Numbered from the stretch's first letter, positions 23,170 through 33,402 are shown. The stretch is DNA of 64,000 bases from an uncultured Candidatus Saccharibacteria bacterium (GCA_964429815.1 CAYSCM010000001.1:160001-224000); one strand, 5' to 3'. The notes: generated by a model from the letters alone, not told the origin. Numbers and translations are program-made.

Positions 23170-25308
23170 GTGAGAGCTCACAAAACGAGTTTACTCCTCC
23201 TGCTCCTCTCCCTTTTCTTTTTTGCCGGGGGCATCTTCATCATCTGGGCCGCGACGCTGCCGCTCCCGGACCTGGGAAGTATCTCCGCGCGGCGCGTCGA
23301 ACAGTCGACCAAACTCTACGACCGAACAGGCAAGGTCCTCCTTTTTGATCTCCACGATGATAAACAGCGCACCCTCGTCACTTTCGACGAGATATCGCGC
23401 AACGTGAAAAACGCTACGGTCGCCATCGAGGACGCGCAATTTTATCAGCACGGCGGCATCCGTCTCCTCTCCATCGCTCGCGCCATACTCGCCGACGCGC
23501 TCGTGACGCTCCACTTGAGCGCCGGCTACGTGCAGGGCGGCTCGACTATCACGCAACAGGTCGTAAAAAACGCCCTGCTCACCCAGCAACGCTCGCTCGC
23601 ACGCAAACTCAAGGAGTGGGTGCTCGCGGTGAAGCTCGACCGCGCTCTCCCGAAGGAGAAAATCCTCGAGCTCTACCTCAATGAGACTCCCTATGGCGGC
23701 AACATCTACGGTGTCGAGGAAGCGAGCCTCGCCTATTTCGGTAAGCGTGCCGTGGATGTTGACCTCGCGGAGGCCGCCTACCTTGCGGCGCTTCCGCAGG
23801 CACCGACCTATTACAGCCCGTACGGCAACCACAAGGGCGCGCTTGAGGAGCGAAAAAACTTAGTCCTCTCAAAAATGCTCGAGAACGGATTCATAACGCA
23901 AGGGGAGTATGACTCCGCGAAAGCAGAGCAAGTAATATTTGCGGCACAGGAAGATAAGAGCATTAAAGCGCCGCACTTTGTCTTTTACATACGCGAGTAC
24001 CTCGAGAATAAGTACGGGAAGGATGCCTTGGAAAATGAAGGGCTTCGCGTCACGACGACCCTTGATTACGATCTCCAGGCCAAAGCGCAGGATATTGTGT
24101 CGCGCTACGCACAGAGCAACCAAAAAACCTTCAACGCGAGCAACGCCGGTCTCGTCGCGATAGATCCAAAAACCGGCCAAATACTTGTCATGGTAGGCTC
24201 CCGCGACTACTTCGATACGACGATCGACGGTGCGGTTAATGTGACGCTCGCCAAGCGTCAGCCGGGCTCATCGTTCAAACCCTTCGTGTACGCGACCGCG
24301 ATAGAAAAGGGCTATACGCCGGATACCGTCGTGTGGGACGTACCGACACAGTTTTCCACCTCCTGTCCCGTCGATAAACTCGAGAGTGACAAGGACCAGT
24401 GCTATGCGCCTCAAAACTACGACGGCAAGTTCCGCGGTCCGGTGACGCTCCGGAGCGCCCTGGCACAGTCGCTCAACGTCCCCTCCGTGAAGGTTTTCTA
24501 CCTTGCCGGGCTTTCCGATTCCCTCACGACCGCCAAGGCGATGGGTATCTCAACCCTCACCGATATCGGACGCTATGGGCTCACCCTGGTGCTCGGCGGC
24601 GGCGAGGTTACTCTCCTCGACGAGACGTCCGCCTACGGCGTGTTTGCCAACCAGGGCGTGCGCAACCCGCCGACCGGGATACTGCGCGTCGAGGACAGTA
24701 AGGGAAACGTGCTCGAGGAGTACGAGCAACACCCCTCCTCGGTGCTCGATCCCACAATCGCCAACACTATCTCTGATATGCTCTCGGACAACGTCGCACG
24801 TGCTCCTTCGTATGGGACGAATTCAGCACTGTATTTCCCCGGTCGTTCCGTCGCCGCAAAAACCGGTACCACCAACGACTACCGCGACGCTTGGATAATC
24901 GGCTACACGCCCTCCATCGCTGCCGGCGCATGGGCTGGCAACAACGACAATACGCCTATGCAAAAAAAGGTAGCGGGGTTCATCATCGCTCCTTTGTGGA
25001 ACGAATTCATGCGTGAAGCTCTGAAAACCCTCCCCGAAGAAGCTTTCCCCGAACCACAGTACGATGACCCCTCGACCCTTAAGCCGATTCTTCGCGGTGT
25101 GTGGCAGCCGGATGTTTCAAACGGCACCGTCCAATACCACGAGATTCTTCAGTACGTCGACCGGGGTAATCCGCGGGGCGCAGCGCCGGCAAACCCCGCG
25201 GCAGACCCACAGTACGCGTACTGGGAGTATGGACTCCAGCACTACCTTTCAAATTCGGGTGTCCCCCAGTCATTACCGACGGCGACACCGACGGTACCCA
25301 CTAACTAA
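23170..25308 (+). CDS. Class A penicillin-binding protein (glycosyltransferase plus transpeptidase)
   Basis: N-terminal TM. GT51 motif EDAQFYQHGGI. Transpeptidase SxxK GSSFKPF and KTGTT. Confidence 0.9.
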   Translation: MRAHKTSLLLLLLSLFFFAGGIFIIWAATLPLPDLGSISARRVEQSTKLYDRTGKVLLFDLHDDKQRTLVTFDEISRNVKNATVAIEDAQFYQHGGIRLLSIARAILADALVTLHLSAGYVQGGSTITQQVVKNALLTQQRSLARKLKEWVLAVKLDRALPKEKILELYLNETPYGGNIYGVEEASLAYFGKRAVDVDLAEAAYLAALPQAPTYYSPYGNHKGALEERKNLVLSKMLENGFITQGEYDSAKAEQVIFAAQEDKSIKAPHFVFYIREYLENKYGKDALENEGLRVTTTLDYDLQAKAQDIVSRYAQSNQKTFNASNAGLVAIDPKTGQILVMVGSRDYFDTTIDGAVNVTLAKRQPGSSFKPFVYATAIEKGYTPDTVVWDVPTQFSTSCPVDKLESDKDQCYAPQNYDGKFRGPVTLRSALAQSLNVPSVKVFYLAGLSDSLTTAKAMGISTLTDIGRYGLTLVLGGGEVTLLDETSAYGVFANQGVRNPPTGILRVEDSKGNVLEEYEQHPSSVLDPTIANTISDMLSDNVARAPSYGTNSALYFPGRSVAAKTGTTNDYRDAWIIGYTPSIAAGAWAGNNDNTPMQKKVAGFIIAPLWNEFMREALKTLPEEAFPEPQYDDPSTLKPILRGVWQPDVSNGTVQYHEILQYVDRGNPRGAAPANPAADPQYAYWEYGLQHYLSNSGVPQSLPTATPTVPTN

Positions 25309-25561
25309 GGTCACGCACAATGCGTTTCCCGGGGAGCGTCTCTGCGACCTCGCGTAGTATCGCTGCCTTATGGAGCATAATTTCGCTTCGTCGAACTGAA
25401 TCTATCTTGAGGTGTACCTTTGAGCCAGATAGTTTTATTTCTTCGGTGGAGACAATAAATCCACAGACCTTCTTAACCGCGGCAGCGACAACGTCCTTGA
25501 TCACTCGTTCGGGGGGTGTAAGGTTCGTAAACCTCGCGAGGTATTCTCGAAGTGGCCGCAT
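25301..25561 (-). CDS. Small protein downstream of dnaN, DUF721/DciA-like (tentative)
   Basis: 86 aa. Position after dnaN and the pattern V..VV....K.G.IVS....L.GSK..L...S... resemble DUF721. Confidence 0.35.
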   Translation of the reverse strand: MRPLREYLARFTNLTPPERVIKDVVAAAVKKVCGFIVSTEEIKLSGSKVHLKIDSVRRSEIMLHKAAILREVAETLPGKRIVRDLS

Positions 25562-25564
25562 GCC

Positions 25565-26665
25565 TTAACGATTCATCGGCATGACGAGATAAAGAAACGA
25601 TGCATCGCCCACACCTCGTATGACGAGCGGCTTGCCTGGTCCACCAAAGGTAAGGGTGAGGCTATCAGTGGAGATTGATTGGAGACAGTCGGAAAGGTAG
25701 CGATGGTTGAAGTGTATATCGAGTGATTCTCCGGATAAGGTTGCGGGTATCTGCTCCTCTATTTCACCGATATCCGCATTCCGGGAGCTTAGGGTAAATG
25801 CTTTTTTGTTTGGTTTGAGCGAGAAGGATACCTGATTGAACTTATCGGAAAATACGACAGCGCGCTTAAGAATGGCCATGAAATCGGCTTTAAGGAGCAC
25901 AGCCTCAGTGACTCCCTCTTTGGGAATTATTTGTCGATAGTCCGGGAAGGTGCCGTCGATGAGCCGTGAGGTTATGAACACCCGCTTAAAAGAGAGCGAG
26001 AGTTGGTTTTTTGAGAAGGAGATATTCAATTCAGCATCGGCTTCCTCGAGAATTTTCGCTATCTCAATGGCATTTCGTATGGGAAGTATGAGGGGATCGA
26101 AATCGACGCTCTTCTTTTCGGGAACTATTTTCTCCGCAAGCCTAAATGAATCCGTTGCTGCAAAGATGAGGCTTCCATTATGGTGATAGATATAAATACT
26201 GCAAAGCTCGGGTTTGATTGATGATGTTGAAGCGCTGTAGGCAACGGCTCGTACACCACGAGCGAGTATGTCGGGTTTTATGGAGAGCGACTTTCCGCCG
26301 GAAACGTAGGGGAGGTGAGGAAAATCGGCCGCTGCTTGTCCCTTGATTGTTGTTGTACTGCCTTTGGTTTCCACCTTAAGGTTCCCTTCAACTCCTACTA
26401 ATCGCACCGGGGTTCCTGATGGTGTGGTATTTACCACTTGTGAAAGGATGTGTCCTGGTACCGCAACTACTCCTTCGGTCGAAACTTTAGCCGGTACTTC
26501 AACCTCTATCCCAAGCTCGAGGTTGGTAGAGCGAATGAGAAGGTTGTTCTTTCCTGCAACGATACAAAGGCAGGAGAGTACCGGAAGGGTAACGTTGCGC
26601 CCCGTTGCTCGTTCTGCGAGACCAATGGCCCTCTGGAGTTCTTCGCTTCGTACCTCAACCTTCAT
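25565..26665 (-). CDS. dnaN: DNA polymerase III beta sliding clamp
   Basis: MKVEVRSEELQRAIGLAERA..., three-domain length (366 aa), immediately downstream of dnaA. Confidence 0.9.
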   Translation of the reverse strand: MKVEVRSEELQRAIGLAERATGRNVTLPVLSCLCIVAGKNNLLIRSTNLELGIEVEVPAKVSTEGVVAVPGHILSQVVNTTPSGTPVRLVGVEGNLKVETKGSTTTIKGQAAADFPHLPYVSGGKSLSIKPDILARGVRAVAYSASTSSIKPELCSIYIYHHNGSLIFAATDSFRLAEKIVPEKKSVDFDPLILPIRNAIEIAKILEEADAELNISFSKNQLSLSFKRVFITSRLIDGTFPDYRQIIPKEGVTEAVLLKADFMAILKRAVVFSDKFNQVSFSLKPNKKAFTLSSRNADIGEIEEQIPATLSGESLDIHFNHRYLSDCLQSISTDSLTLTFGGPGKPLVIRGVGDASFLYLVMPMNR

Positions 26666-26902
26666 ATATATGATTTTTAAATGAATTTAAAGAGATATTT
26701 CTATTTACTCTGTGGAAACCGTGAATAGTCATTGTAAGCTTTTATTTCAAGGGAATTTTTACGTTACTATATTCCTACTATGTGGATAGAATGCGTATTT
26801 CTCACTCAATAATCCCCACTCCCCGCTCATTTTATATTTTCAATCATCTTATGTACGCATAATTGTCGTTGTATCCATCGGCTACCAACGCACTCTCCAC
26901 AC
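26666..26902. promoter_or_regulatory. Candidate oriC (AT-rich dnaN-dnaA spacer with DnaA-box-like 9-mers)
   Basis: AT-rich unwinding-like stretch 26665-26710. DnaA-box-like 9-mers: CTATCCACA (rev. of 26783-26791, 8/9), GTTTCCACA (26711-26719 rev., 7/9), CTCTCCACA (26892-26900, 7/9). Canonical dnaA-dnaN context. Confidence 0.5.
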
Positions 26903-28288
26903 TTATTTCAACATTCCCCGTATCTGCTCTATTTCCTGGGTGAGAGTAGCATCGACCTTGAGATCGTTTTTTATCTTTTCACACGAGTGAATCACGGTCG
27001 TATGGTCGCGACCACCAAGCCGTGAGCCTATTGTGGGGAATGATACATGAAAATCCTCACGAAGAATGTACATAATGACTTGCCGCGGGCGCACCACCTC
27101 CTTTCGGCGCGTTTTTTCATAGATGGACTCTTCAGGGATGTCATAAAAATCGGCGATTTTCTTGATAATCTCCTTTGTGGAGACTAATTTTTTTGGTCGC
27201 GATGACAATTTAATAAGATTTTTTACCTCAGGGAGCGTCAAGGTGCGTCCCTTAAGTTGTGACTGCATAACGACGGCGTTGAGCATCCCCTCGAGCTCTC
27301 GGATGTTGGCGACGATGGTTCCCGCGAGGTGCTCGAGGAGCTCATGGTCGAGGAGATAGCCTTGCTGGAGCGATTTTGTCTTGAGAATTGCCATTCTCGA
27401 CTCGAAATCCGGCTCCGGTATGTCGACAATCATGCCGCCGGAGAAACGCGACTTAAGGCGGTCGTCGATATGCTGGAGCTCGGAGGGGTGCTTATCCGAG
27501 GAAAAGACTATCTGTTTGTTGTTGTCGTGGAGGACATTGAAGGTGTGGAAGAGCTCATCCATGGAGCGCTCTTTCTGCGAGATGAATTGCACGTCGTCCA
27601 TGATGAGCACATCGTACTGGCGATACTTTTCCTTAAAGCCTGTGAAATTCGTGCTCTGCACCGCAGCGAGGTAGTCCATGACGAACCGCTCCGAGGTCAC
27701 ATAGTAAATTTTTTTACCCGAATGAGCTTTTTTTATCTGGTTCCCTATTGCTTGGATGAGATGAGTTTTACCTCGGCCCGTCGCGCCGTAGATAAAGAGG
27801 GGGTTGTAAGCGATCCCGGGCTTTTTGACGACCGCTTGCGCCGCGGCGAACGCGAGCTCATTAAACGGCCCGACAACGAAGGTGTCGAAGGTATAGCGGG
27901 GGTTGAGGTTGTCGCTTTTGTTTATGTAGTACTCGGAGAGGGGCAGCTCTCCGGTAAGAAGGACATTGGGCCGTGGAGCCTCTTCTTCAGAGCGCGTGCG
28001 GCCCCGGCTTATCGTGTATTCAAGCCCGCGGATGTGAGTACTGGCGCTCCGGAGCGCCTTGAGTATGAATTTGTGGTACTTTTTTGAAAGCCAATCACGG
28101 ACGAACTGGTTCGGAACGGCCAAAAACACCACGCCGTCCTCGATGCGCGCGATCGACGTGTCTTTAAACCACGTCGTGAAGTTCGGTTTTGAGATGGAGA
28201 GCTCTATTTCGACGAGGACGTTCTGCCATAGCTCCTTCGTATCGATTTCCTCTACGACGACGCCAGCATGCGTATCAACCCCATCCAT
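26903..28288 (-). CDS. dnaA: Chromosomal replication initiator DnaA
   Basis: Walker A GATGRGKTHLIQAIGN, sensor motifs, C-terminal DNA-binding domain ...TLTQEIEQIRGMLK. Confidence 0.92.
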   Translation of the reverse strand: MDGVDTHAGVVVEEIDTKELWQNVLVEIELSISKPNFTTWFKDTSIARIEDGVVFLAVPNQFVRDWLSKKYHKFILKALRSASTHIRGLEYTISRGRTRSEEEAPRPNVLLTGELPLSEYYINKSDNLNPRYTFDTFVVGPFNELAFAAAQAVVKKPGIAYNPLFIYGATGRGKTHLIQAIGNQIKKAHSGKKIYYVTSERFVMDYLAAVQSTNFTGFKEKYRQYDVLIMDDVQFISQKERSMDELFHTFNVLHDNNKQIVFSSDKHPSELQHIDDRLKSRFSGGMIVDIPEPDFESRMAILKTKSLQQGYLLDHELLEHLAGTIVANIRELEGMLNAVVMQSQLKGRTLTLPEVKNLIKLSSRPKKLVSTKEIIKKIADFYDIPEESIYEKTRRKEVVRPRQVIMYILREDFHVSFPTIGSRLGGRDHTTVIHSCEKIKNDLKVDATLTQEIEQIRGMLK

Positions 28289-28382
28289 AGTGGTCCTAGT
28301 ATCGCACCGCCCCGCGGACCGTCAAACTTGCGTTAAAACGGCCGATATGGTACTAACGTGTGTATAACCTGTTGAAAATTTC

Positions 28383-28520
28383 GTGCCGAAACGAACCTAT
28401 CAACCCAAGAAGCGAAAACGCGCCCGTACCCACGGGTTCCTTGCTCGTACGCGTTCCCGAAAAGGAGGGAACGTTCTTGCACGCCGCCGCCGGCGCGGCC
28501 GGCGGCGTCTCTCTGTTTAG
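28383..28520 (+). CDS. rpmH: 50S ribosomal protein L34
   Basis: GTG start. [45 protein letters not shown] matches L34. Not in the ORF track (<60 aa). Precedes rnpA as usual. Confidence 0.8.
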   Translation: MPKRTYQPKKRKRARTHGFLARTRSRKGGNVLARRRRRGRRRLSV

Positions 28521-28528
28521 GTTTTTCG

Positions 28529-28864
28529 ATGCTTCGGAAAAAAAATAGGCTAACCCGCGCCCACTTTGCGGGACTTGCCTCCGGGAGCATTTTCCAGAGA
28601 CCCTCTATGACCCTTCGTTTACGTACAGGGCAGGGAGAGAGCCGCTTCGCCGTTGTTGTTTCCTCGGCCGTTTCTAGAAATGCGACGAGTCGCAACTATT
28701 TGCGGAGAGTCCTCTACGGTGCGCTACGTTTCCACTGGCCGAAGCTAAAAAAAGGCCTCAATGGAGCCATATTTTTGAAAAAACACGCTGTGAACCTCCG
28801 GCCCAATGAGCTCAAGGAAGAGCTTAAAGATCTCTTGAACGTAAGCCGCAGCCTCACTCCGTAG
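28529..28864 (+). CDS. rnpA: RNase P protein component
   Basis: Basic 111-aa protein with RLRTGQGESRFAVVVSSAVSRNATSRNYLRR (RnpA RNR-motif region). Position after rpmH. Confidence 0.75.
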   Translation: MLRKKNRLTRAHFAGLASGSIFQRPSMTLRLRTGQGESRFAVVVSSAVSRNATSRNYLRRVLYGALRFHWPKLKKGLNGAIFLKKHAVNLRPNELKEELKDLLNVSRSLTP

Positions 28865-28917
28865 GCTACTTCCTTGGGAAAATTGTGGAATACCCTGAGA
28901 GCGGCTAGAATAGCCAA

Positions 28918-29646
28918 ATGTCGGCTCTCTTCCATGCCGCTCTCTACAACCCGCTTTACAACGGGCTTATTTTTTTGATAGGCGTCATGCCCGCGGGAGA
29001 TGCGGGGCTCGCCATCATAGCGCTCACCATCATCGTCAAGCTCATCCTCTTCCCTCTCTCGCTCCGGGCGGCACGCACCCAGATACTCATGCGCTCCCTC
29101 GAAGACGAGTTGGCGACTATAAAACAGCGCTATAAAGACCGGCGGGAACAGGCGATGAAGACCATGGAGCTCTACCGGCGCGAAAAGGTGAACCCGTTCT
29201 CAAGTTTCCTCCTCATCTTGATACAACTCCCTGTCATATTCGCGCTCTATTTCGTGTTCGTGCGCGGTGGATTGCCTACCATCCACACCGCCATTCTTTA
29301 CCCTTTCGTGCATGTACCCGGAAGCGTTGATCTCATCTTTCTAGGGCTCTTTGATCTTTCGACCCACAGCATTATTCTCGCAGTTCTTGCCGGCCTTTCT
29401 CAGTTCATCCAAGCCTCTATCAGCTTCTCGAAAGGTCCGCATGTGAAAGGCTCTGAAAGAACTGTTGCGCACGCCATGCAGCTCCAGATGAAATACCTCT
29501 TCCCCCTTCTCATCGCCTACATCGCCTACCGCTTCTTTGCCGCAGTTGCACTTTACTGGGTGACGAGTAATATCTTTGCAATCGGCCAGGAACTGTATGT
29601 GCGCGCAAAGCTCAAGCAGGTTGTCCGTCCAAACGCCGCGTCATGA
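28918..29646 (+). CDS. yidC: Membrane protein insertase YidC (short form)
   Basis: Five-TM Oxa1/YidC core, e.g. LPVIFALYF..., PLLIAYIAYRFFAAVALYWVTSNIF. Confidence 0.85.
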   Translation: MSALFHAALYNPLYNGLIFLIGVMPAGDAGLAIIALTIIVKLILFPLSLRAARTQILMRSLEDELATIKQRYKDRREQAMKTMELYRREKVNPFSSFLLILIQLPVIFALYFVFVRGGLPTIHTAILYPFVHVPGSVDLIFLGLFDLSTHSIILAVLAGLSQFIQASISFSKGPHVKGSERTVAHAMQLQMKYLFPLLIAYIAYRFFAAVALYWVTSNIFAIGQELYVRAKLKQVVRPNAAS

Positions 29647-30173
29647 ATGAAGAAAACCAGCAAAAACAACAGCATGCCAAAGAAACGCGCCGCCCTATCG
29701 ACCGGGCGCTCATTCGTAAACTTTTAACCGACGTACTGGAACGCCTCCAGATAACCGTTGAGGCGCTCGAGGAGATCGACCACCCGGCCCACCCCATTTT
29801 TTTGGTGAAGACACCCGATTCGGCGGTTCTCATAGGCAACCGGGGAGAGAGCCTCCAAGCACTCAACTATCTCTTGCGAAAAATGGTCGAGCAAGAGGGT
29901 GACGGAGAGGGCATGGAGCAGTTTCTCGTCGACGTCAATCACTACCAAAGCAAAAAAATAGACGAGCTGCGGCAAAAAGCGCTCATGCTCGCGGAGCGCG
30001 CTCGTCTCTTCAAGCACGACGTTGAAATGAGCCCCATGAGCGCCTACGAACGCATGATCGTGCACGCAACATTCGCCGATCATCCCGACGTCGGCACAGA
30101 ATCGCAAGGCGAAGGAAAGTTCCGCCGCGTGGTCATCAAATATAAGGGTTCAGGAAGCGGCGGAGGTACCTAA
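29643..30173 (+). CDS. jag: Jag/KhpB RNA-binding protein (KH plus R3H)
   Basis: R3H motif MSPMSAYERMIVHATFADHPDV. Canonical position after yidC. Confidence 0.75.
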   Translation: MNEENQQKQQHAKETRRPIDRALIRKLLTDVLERLQITVEALEEIDHPAHPIFLVKTPDSAVLIGNRGESLQALNYLLRKMVEQEGDGEGMEQFLVDVNHYQSKKIDELRQKALMLAERARLFKHDVEMSPMSAYERMIVHATFADHPDVGTESQGEGKFRRVVIKYKGSGSGGGT

Positions 30174-31438
30174 CGGGCGCCCGTCGATGTGGCACTGTCG
30201 CTGAGCCTCACGCTCCAGAGTGAGAGATCTTTTTTGTTTTGAAAGAGAAGCTCGTCTTCGTTAGGTGAGAGCGAGAGATACTGCACGTCGAAGAGACGCG
30301 TGCCTTCACTGCTGAAGCGATAGAAGAGGGTTGAAGCACCTGTTTGTGCGTCGATATGCCAAATGTTATCGGAGAAACTAGCTTGCCCCTGGTACCACAG
30401 GTCGGGATAGGTACCATTCGTATTTCCCGTAACTGCAAACGGCACCGCACAGAGTATCTCCGTTGGTTTTTTGACGCTCCAGAGGCACTTGTCGGGGATG
30501 GTGGCGACGGCTGCATCGATGACTTTCCCTGTTCTAACGTTGAGGATATGCATAAGGATGGTAGAACCGATGGTCTCGCTCCACAGAATACGCTTGCCGT
30601 CCGCGCTCGGGAGAGCTGTGAGCCCCGAAATGTCGCCAAGGAGGCGCCCCACGGTGCCCGAGGAGGGATTCACGCTGTAAAGATAGCCCGGAGTGTTTCC
30701 GGAGGGTTTGGAGAGAAGAAGCGGGGTTCCTCCGAGCCAGTAGGGAAGCCACTCGGATATAGGCGAGGAAAAGAGCTTGGTGATTTTCCCGGTAGAAATG
30801 TTGTCGACGATGACCGAAGAACCCTGATTCTCCTTGCGGATGTAGAGAAGCTGCTTTCCTTTGCTATCAGGTGCTACGGCGAGAATATTGTCTTCGAGAT
30901 AGGTGCCGCCGAGCGACCCTCCGCCCCCGTTTGCGTTTATACGGCCGAGGAACGTCTGTATGCGCTCGTCGCTCTCCGAGAGGAGACGCAAAAGCAAGAT
31001 TATCGGGCTGTCGAGCCAGAGCGCCTGGTAGATCTTAGGTATAGTTGTATTGGTAACGCGCTTCGTCTCGCTATTTTCGAAGTTAGCTTCGTAGACGTTG
31101 CCATCTTCGCGTTCAATGTAGCGAATGAACTCGTTGCCATTGGCGAGGAACGAGGCATACCCCGACACCGGCTTTCCGGATACCAGGTGCAGACGCGGTG
31201 ATGTGCTGGCCTGCCCGGAGAGTTCTGCTCCGGTGTCACCTCCTTGTGGAAAGGGCTCTCCCGAACCAGTGCCACCTTGCCCCGTTGGACTTTCAGAAAT
31301 TTGTCCGAATATAGGCTGTTGAGCTTGCGATGAGCTCCTAGAACTCGCGGTTTTCCCTAAGAAATAATAGCTGCCAACCCCAAGTAGCACGAGGCCGAAG
31401 AAAAGTCCGAGAGTGATGTAGAGGGTCTTTCGTCTCAT
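30170..31438 (-). CDS. Membrane-anchored hypothetical protein with beta-propeller-like repeats; first gene of the T4SS-like cluster region
   Basis: N-terminal TM LYITLGLFFGLVLLGVGSYYF. Ser/Gly-rich linker. Repeated TolB/WD-like strands. Confidence 0.45.
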   Translation of the reverse strand: MRRKTLYITLGLFFGLVLLGVGSYYFLGKTASSRSSSQAQQPIFGQISESPTGQGGTGSGEPFPQGGDTGAELSGQASTSPRLHLVSGKPVSGYASFLANGNEFIRYIEREDGNVYEANFENSETKRVTNTTIPKIYQALWLDSPIILLLRLLSESDERIQTFLGRINANGGGGSLGGTYLEDNILAVAPDSKGKQLLYIRKENQGSSVIVDNISTGKITKLFSSPISEWLPYWLGGTPLLLSKPSGNTPGYLYSVNPSSGTVGRLLGDISGLTALPSADGKRILWSETIGSTILMHILNVRTGKVIDAAVATIPDKCLWSVKKPTEILCAVPFAVTGNTNGTYPDLWYQGQASFSDNIWHIDAQTGASTLFYRFSSEGTRLFDVQYLSLSPNEDELLFQNKKDLSLWSVRLSDSATSTGAR

Positions 31439-31439
31439 A

Positions 31440-32393
31440 TCAAAATCCTATAGCGCTGCACCTCGGTGCTTCTCCGAATCCCGGACAATATTGCTGGCAA
31501 TCAGCGAGAGAGGAAAAGGCTACTTTCCCAGTCTCGATTCCCTTCCCCCAGGTGCAGAGTGTTTCCTGCGGGGCATTAAAAAGACTCTGTGGCTCTTGTG
31601 GCGGAGGTGGCAGGTTCGTCGTTTGTGATTGTAAAACGTCAGCCGACACCGCCGTGCATCTGCCCGAACAGGTTCGCTGGCACTCATCCATTGATGCAAC
31701 ATAGTAGCGTCGTCCTTGATATGAACCGTTATCTTCACGAAGTTCGCACGCCGCCTGAGAACTTATGCTAGTTGGAATCCCGTTTATAATCGGAGTCTTG
31801 TTTGGCTGGGTCGTTATTGTCGTCGGGCTCCCCGTCCCGGGCGTTGTGGATGGCCCGCCGAGGAGCGAATTATTTTTTACAATCTGCGGATTGATGGTGA
31901 CGAGGAGTACGTAGGAGAGAAGGATGATAAGAAGGCCGTATATCGCGGATTCAATGTAATCACGCCCACCCTCTTTCCCAAACGGCGTACTGCTCAGCAT
32001 GTACTTGAAACCGCCAAAGGTAATCATAAGAACGGCGAGAAGCGCTGCGATGCCAAGGCCAAAATCAAAAATAGTATTGAGGACACTACTGAGACTCCCG
32101 TTGTTTTTTGTGTAAAGCCCTCCAATATTTTCAAGGGGGACGAAACCTTGAGAGCCGGTTACTTGTGTTCCTAAGGGAGTAGTTTGTAAGGGGGAAGCGT
32201 CACCACATCCACCGGTTCCTTGTACATCAACGCAGGGTGTGCCCGATTGCGCTGGTTGAAGTGCAGAAGAACAATTTTCCGTATAGCCTCGAGAACAGGA
32301 GTCTCCAGATTCTGCCTTAGAAAAGGCAAACGGCAGCATCAAAAGACAGAGAATGGAGATTATTATTTGTGACTTTCTCATATCATTTACCAA
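31440..32393 (-). CDS. Cys-rich secreted protein with a central two-helix hydrophobic hairpin; possible VirB2/TrbC-like pilin
   Basis: Signal peptide. Cys-rich N-domain. Hydrophobic helices FDFGLGIAALLAVLMITFGG and AIYGLLIILLSYVLLVTINP. Cys-rich C-domain. Confidence 0.35.
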   Translation of the reverse strand: MVNDMRKSQIIISILCLLMLPFAFSKAESGDSCSRGYTENCSSALQPAQSGTPCVDVQGTGGCGDASPLQTTPLGTQVTGSQGFVPLENIGGLYTKNNGSLSSVLNTIFDFGLGIAALLAVLMITFGGFKYMLSSTPFGKEGGRDYIESAIYGLLIILLSYVLLVTINPQIVKNNSLLGGPSTTPGTGSPTTITTQPNKTPIINGIPTSISSQAACELREDNGSYQGRRYYVASMDECQRTCSGRCTAVSADVLQSQTTNLPPPPQEPQSLFNAPQETLCTWGKGIETGKVAFSSLADCQQYCPGFGEAPRCSAIGF

Positions 32394-33402
32394 AGTTTAT
32401 TTGAAGGGCTATCGATGTGGCCTGAAAAATTTGCGAAACATTTTGTAGCGAGAGAGCAAGATTTGCTGTGCCCGATGATGGGGCCGTCTGGCGCAGCACT
32501 ACATCGGCCGGATTTTTACTCGAGGGAGTCACGCTCTTGTCATTGAGCGTCCAGGCGTAGGTGAGCGCTCCTCCGCCGCGGGAATCCGTCGAGAAAAAGT
32601 ACGGGAAGGCGGAGACCGTCGCCTCGCTTTTAGTGAGATTGACACTTTCAGGAAGTGCCCGGTCGAAACGAAATCCTAGAAGTGGGTCGTTTTCATAGAG
32701 GATGACGAATGGCTCGTCTCCGTTGAACGAGAGGGAACGAGTTGCTTTGATGGAACCATCCGAACTCGCTACGTCTACCGACACATTGATCCCGCGATAG
32801 ACGCGGGCGCCGGGGATGGTAACGGACTGAGCGCCGCGCCCCGAAGAATCCCCCAGCACCTGGCCATTAAGGTGCCACGTGTAGAAAAGGGCCTCAGGCC
32901 TGATGCGCGCGCCGTTCTCGTCTACGAAAAACGGCATCGCAAAGAGGACCATCGTGGCGTCATAGGGAGCGAGAGCTTTACCGCGGTAAAAGGGCGGGGT
33001 GTAGACATTCGCTTGCCACAGCAGATCAAGGCCTGCCGGGCGAACGATGGCTGTTTTGGTAAGGGTCGAGCCATTGGGGAGTGTTGCGTTAACGCGAAGC
33101 ACATTGATGCTTCCAATACCGCCAACCGTGAAGTGGGCCGTGACGACACCAACCCCTGAGTCAATGATCTTCCCGTTAAGGCTCCACACCAAGGTGGCGC
33201 GGGCAAGGTTTTCTGCGTAACTGGCGACCTGGGCCGATACGGCTTGACCCGCTCCGGGTACCTCAGGCGAGAGGGAGAGCGAAAAATCTCCTGGCACGGT
33301 GGGCAAATTTAGCTGTGCAAAGAGCGTTGTAGGGAGCGAAAGGGCCGCGACGAGGAGTGTCGTCGCGCAGAGGCCGCGCATGATTCGGGGGGAAATAGTC
33401 AT
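32383..33402 (-). CDS. Secreted protein with repeated Ig-like beta-sandwich modules
   Basis: Signal peptide LCATTLLVAALSLPTTLFA. Repeated WxLNG...G motifs. Confidence 0.45.
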   Translation of the reverse strand: MTISPRIMRGLCATTLLVAALSLPTTLFAQLNLPTVPGDFSLSLSPEVPGAGQAVSAQVASYAENLARATLVWSLNGKIIDSGVGVVTAHFTVGGIGSINVLRVNATLPNGSTLTKTAIVRPAGLDLLWQANVYTPPFYRGKALAPYDATMVLFAMPFFVDENGARIRPEALFYTWHLNGQVLGDSSGRGAQSVTIPGARVYRGINVSVDVASSDGSIKATRSLSFNGDEPFVILYENDPLLGFRFDRALPESVNLTKSEATVSAFPYFFSTDSRGGGALTYAWTLNDKSVTPSSKNPADVVLRQTAPSSGTANLALSLQNVSQIFQATSIALQINFGK

